Under the pieces are notes generated by a model. It worked only from the letters and a program-made list of their open reading frames with translations, searched no databases and had not been told where the DNA came from. From positions 387,934,001 through 387,998,000 of the forward strand of contig OZ024741.1 of NCBI GenBank assembly GCA_964016885.1: a stretch of 64,000 bases of DNA, in the 5' to 3' direction. Of this stretch, positions 15,001-30,000 are shown piece after piece. Source of the stretch: Eledone cirrhosa. Taxonomy: Eukaryota. The position numbers and the translations under genes were made by a program. Each line of letters begins with the position of its first letter. The stretch's first letter is position 1.

Positions 15001-18000
15001 AGTATTAACACTGGAGGTGTTAGCAATATTAACACTGGAGGTGGTAGCAGTATTAACACTGGAGGGGGTAGCAGTATTAACACTGGAGGTGGTAGCAATA
15101 TTAACACTGGAGGTGGCAGCAGTATTAACACTGGAGGTGTTAGCAATATTAACACTGGAGGTGGTAGCAGTATTAACACTGGAAGGGGTAGCAGTATTAA
15201 CAATGGAGGTGGTAGCAATATTAACACTGGAGGTGGCAGCAGTATTAACACTGGAGGTGGTAGCAATATTAACACTGGAGGTGGTATCAGTATTAACACT
15301 GGAGGTGGTAGCAGTATTAACACTGGAGGTGGTAGCAATATTAACACTGGAAGTGGTATCAATATTAACACTGGAGGTGGTAGCAGTATTAACACTGGAG
15401 GTGGTAGCAATATTAACACTGGAGGTGGTAGCAGTATTAACACTGGAGGTGGTATCATTATTAGCACTGGAGGTGGTAGCAGTATTAACACTGGAGGTGG
15501 TAGCAGTATTAACACTGGAGGTGGTATCAATATTAACACTGGAGGTGGTAGCAGTATTAACACTGGAGGTGGTAGCAGTATTAACACTGGAGGTGGTATA
15601 AATATTAGCACTGGAGGTGGTATCAATATTAACACAGGAGCGGGTATCGATATTAACACTGGAGGTGGTAGAAATATTAACACTGGAGGTGGTAGCAGTA
15701 TTAGCAATGGAGGTGGTAGCAGTATTATCACTGGAGGTGTTAGCAATATTAACACTGGAGGTGGTAGCAGTATTAACACTGGAGGTGGTAGCAGTATTAA
15801 CACTTGAGGTGTTAGCAATATTAACACTGGAGGTGGTAGCAGTATTAACACTGGAGGTGGTAGCAGTATTAAGACTGGACGGGGTAGCAGTATTAACACT
15901 GGAGGTGGTAGCAGTATTAACACTGGAGGTGGTAGCAGTATTAACACTGGAGGTGGTAGCAATATTAACACTGGAGGTGGTATCAGTATTAACACTGGAG
16001 GTGGTAGCAGTATTAACACTGGAGGTGGTAGCAATATTAACACTGGAGGTGGCATCAATATTAAAACTGGAGGTGGTAGCAGTATTAACACTGTAGGTGG
16101 TAGCAATATTAACACTGGAAGTGGTATCAATATTAACACTGGAGGTGGTAGCAGTATTAACACTGGAGGTGGTAGCAGTATTAACACTGGAGGTGGTATC
16201 AATATTAACACTGGAGGTGGTAGCAGTATTAACACTGGAGGTGGTAGCAATATTAACACTGGAGGTGTTAGCAGTATTAACACTGGAGGTGGTAGCAGTA
16301 TTAACACTGGTGATGGTATCAATATTAACACTCGAGGTGGTAGCAGTATTAACACTGGAGGTGGTATCAATATTAACACTGGAGGTTGTAGCAGTATTTT
16401 GTACTGGAGGTGGTATAAATATTAACACTGGAGGTGGTATCAATATTAAAACTGGAGCGGGTATCAATATTAACACTGGAGGTGGTAACAGTATTAACAC
16501 TGGAGGTGGTAGCAATATTAACATTGGAGGTGGTAGCAGTATTAACACTGGAGGTGGTAGCAATATTAACACTGGAGGTGGTAGCAGTATTAACATTGGA
16601 GGTAGTAGCAATATTAACACTGGAGGTGGTATCAGTATTAACACTGGAGGTGGTAGCAGTATTAACACTGGAGGTGGTAGCAGTATTAACACTGGAGGTG
16701 GTAGCAGTATTAACACTGGAGGTGGTATCAGTATTAACACTGGAGGTGGTAGCAGTATTAACACTGGAGGTGGTAGCAGTATTAACACTGGAGGTGGTAG
16801 CAGTATTAACATTGGAGGTGGTAGCAGTAATAACACTGGAGGTGGTATCAATATTAACACAGGAGGTGGTATCAATATTAACACTGGAGGTGGTAGCAAT
16901 ATTACCACTGGAGGTGGTAGCAATATTAACACTGGAGCAGGTATCAATATTAACACTGGAGGTGGTAGCAGTATTAACACTGGAGGTGGTAGCAATATTA
17001 ACACTGGACGTGGTAGATGTATTAACACTGGAGGTGGTAGCAATATTAACACTGGAGGTGGTAGCAGTATTAACATTGGAGGTGGTAGCAGTATTAACAC
17101 TGGAGGTGGTAGCAATATTAACACTGGAGGTTGTAGCAGTAATAACACTGGAGGTGGTAGCAATATTAACACAGGAGGTGGTAGCAGTAATAACACTGGA
17201 GGTGGTATCAATATTAACACAGGAGGTGTTAGCAATATTAACACTGGAGCAGGTATCAATATTAACACTGGAGGTGGTAGCAGTATTAAAACTGGAGGTG
17301 GTAGCAATATTAACACTGGAGGTGGTAGCAGTAATAACACTGGCGGTGGTAGCAATATTAACACTGGAGGTGGTAGCAGTATTAACACTGGAGGTGGTAT
17401 AAATATTAGCACTGGAGGTGGTATCAATATTAACACAGGAGCGGGTATCAATATTAACACTGGAGGTGGTAGCAGTATTAACACTGGAGGTGGTAGCAGT
17501 ATTAACACTGGAGGTGGTAGCAGTATTAACACTGGAGGTGTTAGTAATATTAACACTGGAGGTGGTAGCAGTATTAACACTGGAGGGGGTAGCAGTATTA
17601 ACACTGGAGGTGGTAGCAGTATTAACACTGGAGGTGTTAGCAATATTAACACTGGAGGTGGTAGCAGTATTAAGACTGGAGGGGGTAGCAGTATTAACAC
17701 TGGAGGTGGCAGCAGTATTAACACTGGAGGTGGTAGCAGTATTAACACTGGAGGTGGTAGCAGTATTAACACTGGAGGTGGTAGCAGTATTAACACTGGA
17801 GTTGTTAGCAGTATTAACACTGGAGGTGTTAGCAGTATTAACACAGGAGGTGTTAGCAATATTAACACTGGAGGTGGTATCAATATTAACACTGGAGGTG
17901 GTAGCAATATTAACACTGGAGGTGGTAGCTGTATTAACACAGGAGGTGGTAGCAGTATTAACACTGGAGGTGTAGGCAATATTAACACTGGAGGTGGTAG

Positions 18001-21000
18001 CACTATTAACACTGGAGGTGGTAGCAGTATTAACACTGGAGGGGGTAGCAGTGTTAACACTGGAGGGGGTATCAATATTAACACTGGAGGTGGTAGCAAT
18101 ATTAACACTGGAGGTGGTAGCAATATTAACACTGGAGGTGGTAGAAGTATTAACACTGGAGGGGGTATCAATATTAACACTGGAGGTGGTATCAATATTA
18201 ACACTGGAGGTGGTATCAATATTAACACTGGAGGTGGTAGCAATATTAACACTGGAGCAGGTATCAATATTAACACTGGAGGTGGTAGCAGTATTAACAC
18301 TGGAGGTGGTAGCAATATTAACACTGGACGTGGTAGACGTATTAACACTGGAGGTGGTAGCAATATTAACACTGGAGGTGGTAGCAGTATTAACATTGGA
18401 GGTGGTAGCAGTATTAACACTGGAGGTGGTAGCAATATTAACACTGGAGGTGGTAGCAGTAATAACACTGGAGGTGGTAGCAATATTAACACAGGAGGTG
18501 GTAGCAGTAATAACACTGGAGGTGGTATCAATATTAACACTGGAGGTGGTAGCAATATTAACACTGGAGGTGGTAGCTGTATTAACACAGGAGGTGGTAG
18601 CAGTATTAACACTGGAGGTGTAGGCAATATTAACACTGGAGGTGGTAGCACTATTAACACTGGAGGTGGTAGCAGTATTAACACTGGAGGGGGTAGCAGT
18701 GTTAACACTGGAGAGGGTATCAATATTAACACTGGAGGTGGTAGCAATATTAACACTGGAGGTGGTAGCAATATTAACACTGGAGGTGGTAGAAGTATTA
18801 ACACTGGAGGGGGTATCAATATTAACACTGGAGGTGGTATCAATATTAACACTGGAGGTGGTATCAATATTAACACTGGAGGTGGTAGCAGTATTAACAC
18901 TGGAGGTGGTAGCAATATTAACACTGGAGTTGGTAGCAGTATTAAAACTGGAGGTGGTAGCAGTATTAAAACTGGAGGTGGTAGCAGTATTAACACTGGA
19001 GGTGGTAGCAGTATTAACACTGGAGGTGGTAGCAGTATTAACACTGGAGGTGGTAGCAGTATTAACACAGGAGGTGTTAGCAGTATTAACACAGGAGGTG
19101 TTAGCAATATTAACACTGGAGTTGGTAGCAGTATTAAAACTGGAGGTGGTAGCAGTATTAAAACTGGAGGTGGTAGCAGTATTAACACTGGAGGTGGTAG
19201 CAGTATTAACACTGGAGTTGGTAGCAGTATTAACACTGGAGGTGGTAGCAGTATTAACACTGGAGGTGGTAGCAGTATTAACACTGGAGGGGGTAGCTGT
19301 GTTAACACTGGAGGGGGTATCAATATTAACACTGGAGGTGGTAGCAATATTAACACTGGAGGTGGTAGCAATATTAACACTGGAGGTGGTAGCAGTATTA
19401 ACACTGGAGGGGGTATCAATATTAACACTGGAGGTGGTAGCAGTATTAACACTGGAGGTGGTAGCAATATTAACACTGGAGTTGGTAGCAGTATTAAAAC
19501 TGGAGGTGGTAGCAGTATTAAAACTGGAGGTGGTAGCAGTATTAACACTGGAGGGGGTATCAATATTAACACTGGAGGTGGTAGCAATATTAACACTGGA
19601 GGTGGTATCAATATTAACACTGGAGCGGGTATCAATATTAACACTGGAGGTGGTAGCAGTATTAACACTGGAGGTGGTAGCAGTATTAACACTGGAGGTG
19701 GTAGCAGTATTAACACTGGAGGTGGTAGCAGTATTAACACAGGAGGTGTTAGCAGTATTAACACAGGAGGTGTTAGCAATATTAACACTGGAGTTGGTAG
19801 CAGTATTAAAACTGGAGGTGGTAGCAGTATTAAAACTGGAGGTGGTAGCAGTATTAACACTGGAGGTGGTAGCAGTATTAACACTGGAGGTGGTAGCAGT
19901 ATTAACACTGGAGGTGGTAGCAGTATTAACACTTGAGGGGGTAGCAGTATTAACACTGGAGGTGGTAGCAGTATTAACACTGGAGGTGGTAGCAGTATTA
20001 ACACTTGAGGGGGTAGCAGTATTAACACTGGAGGTGGTAGCAGTATTAACACTGGAGGTGGTAGCAGTATTAACACTGGAGGTGGTAGCAGTATTAACAC
20101 TGGAGGTGGTAGCAGTATTAACACTTGAGGGGGTAGCAGTATTAACACTGGAGGTGGTAGCAGTATTAACACTGGAGGTGGTAGCAGTATTAACACTGGA
20201 GGTGGTAGCAGTATTAACACTGGAGGTGGTAGCAGTATTAACACTGGAGGTGGTAGCAGTATTAACACTGGAGGTGGTAGCAGTATTAACACTGGAGGTG
20301 GTAGCAGTATTAACACTGGAGGTGGTAGCAGTATTAACACTTGAGGGGGTAGCAGTATTAACACTGGAGGTGGTAGAAGTATTAACACTGGAGGTGGTAG
20401 CAGTATTAACACTGGAGGTGGTAGCAGTATTAACACTGGAGTTGGTAGCAGTATTAACACTGGAGGTGGTAGCAGTATTAACACTGGAGGTGGTAGCAGT
20501 ATTAACACTGGAGGGGGTAGCTGTGTTAACACTGGAGGGGGTATCAATATTAACACTGGAGGTGGTATCAATATTAACACTGGAGGTGGTAGCAGTATTA
20601 ACACTGGAGGTGGTAGCAGTATTGACACTGGAGGTGGTAGCAGTATTAACACTGGATGTGGTATCAATATTAACACTGGAGGTGGTAGCAATATTAACAC
20701 TGGAGGTGGTAGCAGTATTAACACTGGAGGGGGTATCAATATTAACACTGGAGGTGGTATCAATATTAACACTGGAGGTGGTATCAATATTAACACTGGA
20801 GGTGGTAGCAATATTAACACTGGAGGTGGTATCAATATTAACACTGGAGGTGGTAGCAGTATTAACACTGGAGGTGGTAGCAATATTAACACTGGAGGTG
20901 GTAGCAGTATTAACACTGGAGGTGGTAGCAATATTAACACTGGAGGTGGTATCAATATTAACACTGGAGGTGGTAGCAGTATTAACACTGGAGGTGGTAG

Positions 21001-24000
21001 CAATATTAACACAGGAGGTGGTAGCAGTATTAACACTGGAGGTGGTAGCAATATTAACACTGGAGTTGGTAGCAGTATTAACACTGGAGGTGGTAGCAAT
21101 ATTAACACTGGAGGTGGTAGCAGTATTAACACTGGAGGTGGTAGCAATATTAACACTGGAGGTGGTAGCAGTATTAACACTGGAGGTGGTAGCAGTATTA
21201 AAACTGGAGGTGGTAGCAGTATTAACACTGGAGGTGGTAGCAGTATTAACACTGGAGGTGGTAGCAGTATTAACACTGGAGGTGGTAGCAGTATTAACAC
21301 AGGAGGTGTTAGCAGTATTAAGCAAGGAGGTGTTAGCAATATTAACACTGGAGTTGGTAGCAGTATTAACACTGGAGGTGGTAGCAGTATTAAAACTGGA
21401 GGTGGTAGCAGTATTAACACAGGAGGTGGTAGCAGTATTAACACTGGAGGTGGTATCAATATTAACACTGGAGGTGGTATCAATATTAACACTGGAGGTG
21501 GTAGCAATATTAACACTGGAGGTGGTAGCAGTATTAACACTGGAGGTGGTATCAATATTAGCACTGGAGGTAGTAGCAATATTAACACTGGAGGTGGTAG
21601 CAATATTAACACTGGAGGTGGTAGCAGTATTAACACTGGATGGGGTAGCAGTATTAACACTGGAGGTGGTAGCAGTATTAACACTGGAGGTGGTATAAAT
21701 ATTATCACTGGAGGTGGTAGCAATATTAACACTGGAGGTGGTAGCAGTATTAACACAGGAGGTGGTATCAATATTAGCACTGATGGTGTTAGCAGTATTA
21801 ACACTGGAGCTGTTAGCAATATTAACACTGGAGGTGGTAGCAGTATTAACACTGGAGGGGGTAGCAGTATTAACACTGGAGGTGGTAGCAGTATTAACAC
21901 TGGAGGTGTTAGCAATATTAACACTGGAGGTGGTAGCAGTATTAACACTGGAGGGGGTAGCAGTATTAACACTGGAGGTGGTAGCAGTATTAACACTGGA
22001 GGTGGTAGCAGTATTAACACTGGAGGGGGTAGCAGTATTAACACTGGAGGTGGTAGCAATATTAACACTGGAGGTGGCAGCAGTATTAACACTGGAGGTG
22101 TTAGCAATATTAACACTGGAGGTGGTAGCAGTATTAACACTGGAAGGGGTAGCAGTATTAACAATGGAGGTGGTAGCAATATTAACACTGGAGGTGGCAG
22201 CAGTATTAACACTGGAGGTGGTAGCAATATTAACACTGGAGGTGGTATCAGTATTAACACTGGAGGTGGTAGCAGTATTAACACTGGAGGTGGTAGCAAT
22301 ATTAACACTGGAAGTGGTATCAATATTAACACTGGAGGTGGTAGCAGTATTAACACTGGAGGTGGTAGCAATATTAACACTGGAGGTGGTAGCAGTATTA
22401 ACACTGGAGGTGGTATCATTATTAGCACTGGAGGTGGTAGCAGTATTAACACTGGAGGTGGTAGCAGTATTAACACTGGAGGTGGTATCAATATTAACAC
22501 TGGAGGTGGTAGCAGTATTAACACTGGAGGTGGTAGCAGTATTAACACTGGAGGTGGTATAAATATTAGCACTGGAGGTGGTATCAATATTAACACAGGA
22601 GCGGGTATCGATATTAACACTGGAGGTGGTAGAAATATTAACACTGGAGGTGGTAGCAGTATTAGCAATAGAGGTGGTAGCAGTATTATCACTGGAGGTG
22701 TTAGCAATATTAACACTGGAGGTGGTAGCAGTATTAACACTGGAGGTGGTAGCAGTATTAACACTTGAGGTGTTAGCAATATTAACACTGGAGGTGGTAG
22801 CAGTATTAACACTGGAGGTGGTAGCAGTATTAAGACTGGACGGGGTAGCAGTATTAACACTGGAGGTGGTAGCAGTATTAACACTGGAGGTGGTAGCAGT
22901 ATTAACACTGGAGGTGGTAGCAATATTAACACTGGAGGTGGTATCAGTATTAACACTGGAGGTGGTAGCAGTATTAACACTGGAGGTGGTAGCAATATTA
23001 ACACTGGAGGTGGCATCAATATTAAAACTGGAGGTGGTAGCAGTATTAACACTGTAGGTGGTAGCAATATTAACACTGGAAGTGGTATCAATATTAACAC
23101 TGGAGGTGGTAGCAGTATTAACACTGGAGGTGGTAGCAGTATTAACACTGGAGGTGGTATCAATATTAACACTGGAGGTGGTAGCAGTATTAACACTGGA
23201 GGTGGTAGCAATATTAACACTGGAGGTGTTAGCAGTATTAACACTGGAGGTGGTAGCAGTATTAACACTGGAGGTGGTAGCAGTATTAACATTGGAGGTA
23301 GTAGCAATATTAACACTGGAGGTGGTATCAGTATTAACACTGGAGGTGGTAGCAGTATTAACACTGGAGGTGGTATCAATATTAACACTGGAGGTTGTAG
23401 CAGTATTTTGTACTGGAGGTGGTATAAATATTAACACTGGAGGTGGTATCAATATTAAAACTGGAGCGGGTATCAATATTAACACTGGAGGTGGTAACAG
23501 TATTAACACTGGAGGTGGTAGCAATATTAACACTGGAGGTGGTAGCAGTATTAACACTGGAGGTGGTAGCAATATTAACACTGGAGGTGGTAGCAGTATT
23601 AACATTGGAGGTAGTAGCAATATTAACACTGGAGGTGGTATCAGTATTAACACTGGAGGTGGTAGCAGTATTAACACTGGAGGTGGTAGCAGTATTAACA
23701 CTGGAGGTGGTAGCAGTATTAATACTGGAGGTGGTATCAGTATTAACACTGGAGGTGGTAGCAGTATTAACACTGGAGGTGGTAGCAGTATTAACACTGG
23801 AGGTGGTAGCAGTATTAACATTGGAGGTGGTAGCAGTAATAACACTGGAGGTGGTATCAATATTAACACAGGAGGTGGTATCAATATTAACACCGGAGGT
23901 GGTAGCAATATTAACACTGGAGGTGGTAGCAATATTAACACTGGAGCAGGTATCAATATTAACACTGGAGGTGGTAGCAGTATTAACACTGGAGGTGGTA

Positions 24001-27000
24001 GCAATATTAACACTGGACGTGGTAGCTGTATTAACACTGGAGGTGGTAGCAATATTAACACTGGAGGTGGTAGCAGTATTAACATTGGAGGTGGTAGCAG
24101 TATTAACACTGGAGGTGGTAGCAATATTAACACTGGAGGTGGTAGCAGTAATAACACTGGAGGTGGTAGCAATATTAACACAGGAGGTGGTAGCAGTAAT
24201 AACACTGGAGGTGGTATCAATATTAACACAGGAGGTGTTAGCAATATTAACACTGGAGCAGGTATCAATATTAACACTGGAGGTGGTAGCAGTATTAAAA
24301 CTGGAGGTGGTAGCAATATTAACACTGGAGGTGGTAGCAGTAATAACACTGGCGGTGGTAGCAATATTAACACTGGAGGTGGTAGCAGTATTAACACTGG
24401 AGGTGGTATAAATATTAGCACTGGAGGTGGTATCAATATTAACACAGGAGCGGGTATCAATATTAACACTGGAGGTGGTAGCAGTATTAACACTGGAGGT
24501 GGTAGCAGTATTAACACTGGAGGTGGTAGCAGTATTAACACTGGAGGTGTTAGTAATATTAACACTGGAGGTGGTAGCAGTATTAACACTGGAGGGGGTA
24601 GCAGTATTAACACTGGAGGTGGTAGCAGTATTAACACTGGAGGTGTTAGCAATATTAACACTGGAGGTGGTAGCAGTATTAAGACTGGAGGGGGTAGCAG
24701 TATTAACACTGGAGGTGGCAGCAGTATTAACACTGGAGGTGGTAGCAGTATTAACACTGGAGGTGGTAGCAGTATTAACACTGGAGGTGGTAGCAGTATT
24801 AACACTGGAGGTGTTAGCAGTATTAACACTGGAGGTGTTAGCAGTATTAACACAGGAGGTGTTAGCAATATTAACACTGGAGGTGGTATCAATATTAACA
24901 CTGGAGGTGGTAGCAATATTAACACTGGAGGTGGTAGCTGTATTAACACAGGAGGTGGTAGCAGTATTAACACTGGAGGTGTAGGCAATATTAACACTGG
25001 AGGTGGTAGCACTATTAACACTGGAGGTGGTAGCAGTATTAACACTGGAGGGGGTAGCAGTGTTAACACTGGAGGTGGTAGCAGTATTAACACTGGAGGG
25101 GGTAGCAGTATTAACACTGGAGGTGGTAGCAGTATTAACACTGGAGGTGGTAGCAGTATTAACACAGGAGGTGTTAGCAGTATTAACACAGGAGGTGTTA
25201 GCAATATTAACACTGGAGGTGTTAGCAGTATTAACACAGGAGGTGTTAGCAATATTAACACTGGAGTTGGTAGCAATATTAACACTGGAGGTGGTAGCAG
25301 TATTAACACTGGAGGTGGTATCAATATTAGCACTGGAGGTGGTAGCAATATTAACACTGGAGGTGGTAGCAATATTAACACTGGAGGTGGTAGCAGTATT
25401 AACACTGGAGGTGTTCGCAATATTAACACTGGAGGTGGTAGCAGTATTATCACTGGAGGGGGTAGCAGTATTAACACTGGAGGTGGTAGCAGTATTAACA
25501 CTGGAGGTGGTAGCAGTATTAACACTGGAGGTGGTATCAATATTAACACTGGAGGTGGTAGCAATATTAACACTGGAGGTGGTAGCAATATTAACACTGG
25601 AGGTGTTAGCAGTATTAACACTGGAGGTGGTAGCAGTATTAACACTGGTGGTGGTAGCAATATTAACACTGGAGGTGGTAGCAGTATTAACACTGGAGGT
25701 GTTAGCAATATTAACACTGGAGGTGGTAGCAGTATTAACACTGGAGGGGGTAGCAGTATTAACACTGGAGGTGGTAGCAATATTAACACTGGAGGTGGCA
25801 GCAGTATTAACACTGGAGGTGTTAGCAATATTAACACTGGAGGTGGTAGCAGTATTAACACTGGAAGGGGTAGCAGTATTAACAATGGAGGTGGTAGCAA
25901 TATTAACACTGGAGGTGGCAGCAGTATTAACACTGGAGGTGGTAGCAATATTAACACTGGAGGTGGTATCAGTATTAACACTGGAGGTGGTAGCAGTATT
26001 AACACTGGAGGTGGTAGCAATATTAACACTGGAAGTGGTATCAATATTAACACTGGAGGTGGTAGCAGTATTAACACTGGAGGTGGTAGCAATATTAACA
26101 CTGGAGGTGGTAGCAGTATTAACACTGGAGGTGGTATCATTATTAGCACTGGAGGTGGTAGCAGTATTAACACTGGAGGTGGTAGCAGTATTAACACTGG
26201 AGGTGGTATCAATATTAACACTGGAGGTGGTAGCAGTATTAACACTGGAGGGGGTAGCAGTATTAACACTGGAGGTGGTATAAATATTAGCACTGGAGGT
26301 GGTATCAATATTAACACAGGAGCGGGTATCGATATTAACACTGGAGGTGGTAGAAATATTAACACTGGAGGTGGTAGCAGTATTAGCAATGGAGGTGGTA
26401 GCAGTATTATCACTGGAGGTGTTAGCAATATTAACACTGGAGGTGGTAGCAGTATTAACACTGGAGGTGGTAGCAGTATTAACACTTGAGGTGTTAGCAA
26501 TATTAACACTGGAGGTGGTAGCAGTATTAACACTGGAGGTGGTAGCAGTATTAAGACTGGACGGGGTAGCAGTATTAACACTGGAGGTGGTAGCAGTATT
26601 AACACTGGAGGTGGTAGCAGTATTAACACTGGAGGTGGTAGCAATATTAACACTGGAGGTGGTATCAGTATTAACACTGGAGGTGGTAGCAGTATTAACA
26701 CTGGAGGTGGTAGCAATATTAACACTGGAAGTGGTATCAATATTAACACTGGAGGTGGTAGCAGTATTAACACTGGAGGTGGTAGCAGTATTAACACTGG
26801 AGGTGGTATCAATATTAACACTGGAGGTGGTAGCAGTATTAACACTGGAGGTGGTAGCAATATTAACACTGGAGGTGTTAGCAGTATTAACACTGGAGGT
26901 GGTAGCAGTATTAACACTGGTGATGGTATCAATATTAACACTCGAGGTGGTAGCAGTATTAACACTGGAGGTGGTATCAATATTAACACTGGAGGTTGTA

Positions 27001-30000
27001 GCAGTATTTTGTACTGGAGGTGGTATAAATATTAACACTGGAGGTGGTATCAATATTAAAACTGGAGCGGGTATCAATATTAACACTGGAGGTGGTAACA
27101 GTATTAACACTGGAGGTGGTAGCAATATTAACATTGGAGGTGGTAGCAGTATTAACACTGGAGGTGGTAGCAATATTAACACTGGAGGTGGTAGCAGTAT
27201 TAACATTGGAGGTAGTAGCAATATTAACACTGGAGGTGGTATCAGTATTAACACTGGAGGTGGTAGCAGTATTAACACTGGAGGTGGTAGCAGTATTAAC
27301 ACTGGAGGTGGTAGCAGTATTAACACTGGAGGTGGTATCAGTATTAACACTGGAGGTGGTAGCAGTATTAACACTGGAGGTGGTAGCAGTATTAACACTG
27401 GAGGTGGTAGCAGTATTAACATTGGAGGTGGTAGCAGTAATAACACTGGAGGTGGTATCAATATTAACACAGGAGGTGGTATCAATATTAACACTGGAGG
27501 TGGTAGCAATATTAACACTGGAGGTGGTAGCAATATTAACACTGGAGCAGGTATCAATATTAACACTGGAGGTGGTAGCAGTATTAACACTGGAGGTGGT
27601 AGCAATATTAACACTGGACGTGGTAGATGTATTAACACTGGAGGTGGTAGCAATATTAACACTGGAGGTGGTAGCAGTATTAACATTGGAGGTGGTAGCA
27701 GTATTAACACTGGAGGTGGTAGCAATATTAACACTGGAGGTGGTAGCAGTAATAACACTGGAGGTGGTAGCAATATTAACACAGGAGGTGGTAGCAGTAA
27801 TAACACTGGAGGTGGTATCAATATTAACACAGGAGGTGTTAGCAATATTAACACTGGAGCAGGTATCAATATTAACACTGGAGGTGGTAGCAGTATTAAA
27901 ACTGGAGGTGGTAGCAATATTAACACTGGAGGTGGTAGCAGTAATAACACTGGCGGTGGTAGCAATATTAACACTGGAGGTGGTAGCAGTATTAACACTG
28001 GAGGTGGTATAAATATTAGCACTGGAGGTGGTATCAATATTAACACAGGAGCGGGTATCAATATTAACACTGGAGGTGGTAGCAGTATTAACACTGGAGG
28101 TGGTAGCAGTATTAACACTGGAGGTGGTAGCAGTATTAACACTGGAGGTGTTAGTAATATTAACACTGGAGGTGGTAGCAGTATTAACACTGGAGGGGGT
28201 AGCAGTATTAACACTGGAGGTGGTAGCAGTATTAACACTGGAGGTGTTAGCAATATTAACACTGGAGGTGGTAGCAGTATTAAGACTGGAGGGGGTAGCA
28301 GTATTAACACTGGAGGTGGCAGCAGTATTAACACTGGAGGTGGTAGCAGTATTAACACTGGAGGTGGTAGCAGTATTAACACTGGAGGTGGTAGCAGTAT
28401 TAACACTGGAGGTGTTAGCAGTATTAACACTGGAGGTGTTAGCAGTATTAACACAGGAGGTGTTAGCAATATTAACACTGGAGGTGCTATCAATATTAAC
28501 ACTGGAGGTGGTAGCAATATTAACACTGGAGGTGGTAGCTGTATTAACACAGGAGGTGGTAGCAGTATTAACACTGGAGGTGTAGGCAATATTAACACTG
28601 GAGGTGGTAGCACTATTAACACTGGAGGTGGTAGCAGTATTAACACTGGAGGGGGTAGCAGTGTTAACACTGGAGGGGGTATCAATATTAACACTGGAGG
28701 TGGTAGCAATATTAACACTGGAGGTGGTAGCAATATTAACACTGGAGGTGGTAGAAGTATTAACACTGGAGGGGGTATCAATATTAACACTGGAGGTGGT
28801 ATCAATATTAACACTGGAGGTGGTATCAATATTAACACTGGAGGTGGTAGCAATATTAACACTGGAGCAGGTATCAATATTAACACTGGAGGTGGTAGCA
28901 GTATTAACACTGGAGGTGGTAGCAATATTAACACTGGACGTGGTAGACGTATTAACACTGGAGGTGGTAGCAATATTAACACTGGAGGTGGTAGCAGTAT
29001 TAACATTGGAGGTGGTAGCAGTATTAACACTGGAGGTGGTAGCAATATTAACACTGGAGGTGGTAGCAGTAATAACACTGGAGGTGGTAGCAATATTAAC
29101 ACAGGAGGTGGTAGCAGTAATAACACTGGAGGTGGTATCAATATTAACACAGGAGGTGTTAGCAATATTAACACTGGAGCAGGTATCAATATTAACACTG
29201 GAGGTGGTAGCAGTATTAAAACTGGAGGTGGTAGCAATATTAACACTGGAGGTGGTAGCAGTAATAACACTGGCGGTGGTAGCAATATTAACACTGGAGG
29301 TGGTAGCAGTATTAACACTGGAGGTGGTATAAATATTAGCACTGGAGGTGGTATCAATATTAACACAGGAGCGGGTATCAATATTAACACTGGAGGTGGT
29401 AGCAGTATTAACACTGGAGGTGGTTGCAGTATTAACACTGGAGGTGGTAGCAGTATTAACACTGGAGGTGTTAGTAATATTAACACTGGAGGTGGTAGCA
29501 GTATTAACACTGGAGGGGGTAGCAGTATTAACACTGGAGGTGGTAGCAGTATTAACACTGGAGGTGTTAGCAATATTAACACTGGAGGTGGTAGCAGTAT
29601 TAAGACTGGAGGGGGTAGCAGTATTAACACTGGAGGTGGCAGCAGTATTAACACTGGAGGTGGTAGCAGTATTAACACTGGAGGTGGTAGCAGTATTAAC
29701 ACTGGAGGTGGTAGCAGTATTAACACTGGAGGTGTTAGCAGTATTAACACAGGAGGTGTTAGCAATATTAACACAGGAGGTGGTAGCAGTATTAACACTG
29801 GAGGTGTTAGCAGTATTAACACTGGAGGTGGTAGCAATATTAACACTGGAGTTGGTAGCAGTATTAAAACTGGAGGTGGTAGCAGTATTAAAACTGGAGG
29901 TGGTAGCAGTATTAACACTGGAGGTGGTAGCAGTATTAACACTGGAGTTGGTAGCAGTATTAACACTGGAGGTGGTAGCAGTATTAACACTGGAGGTGGT

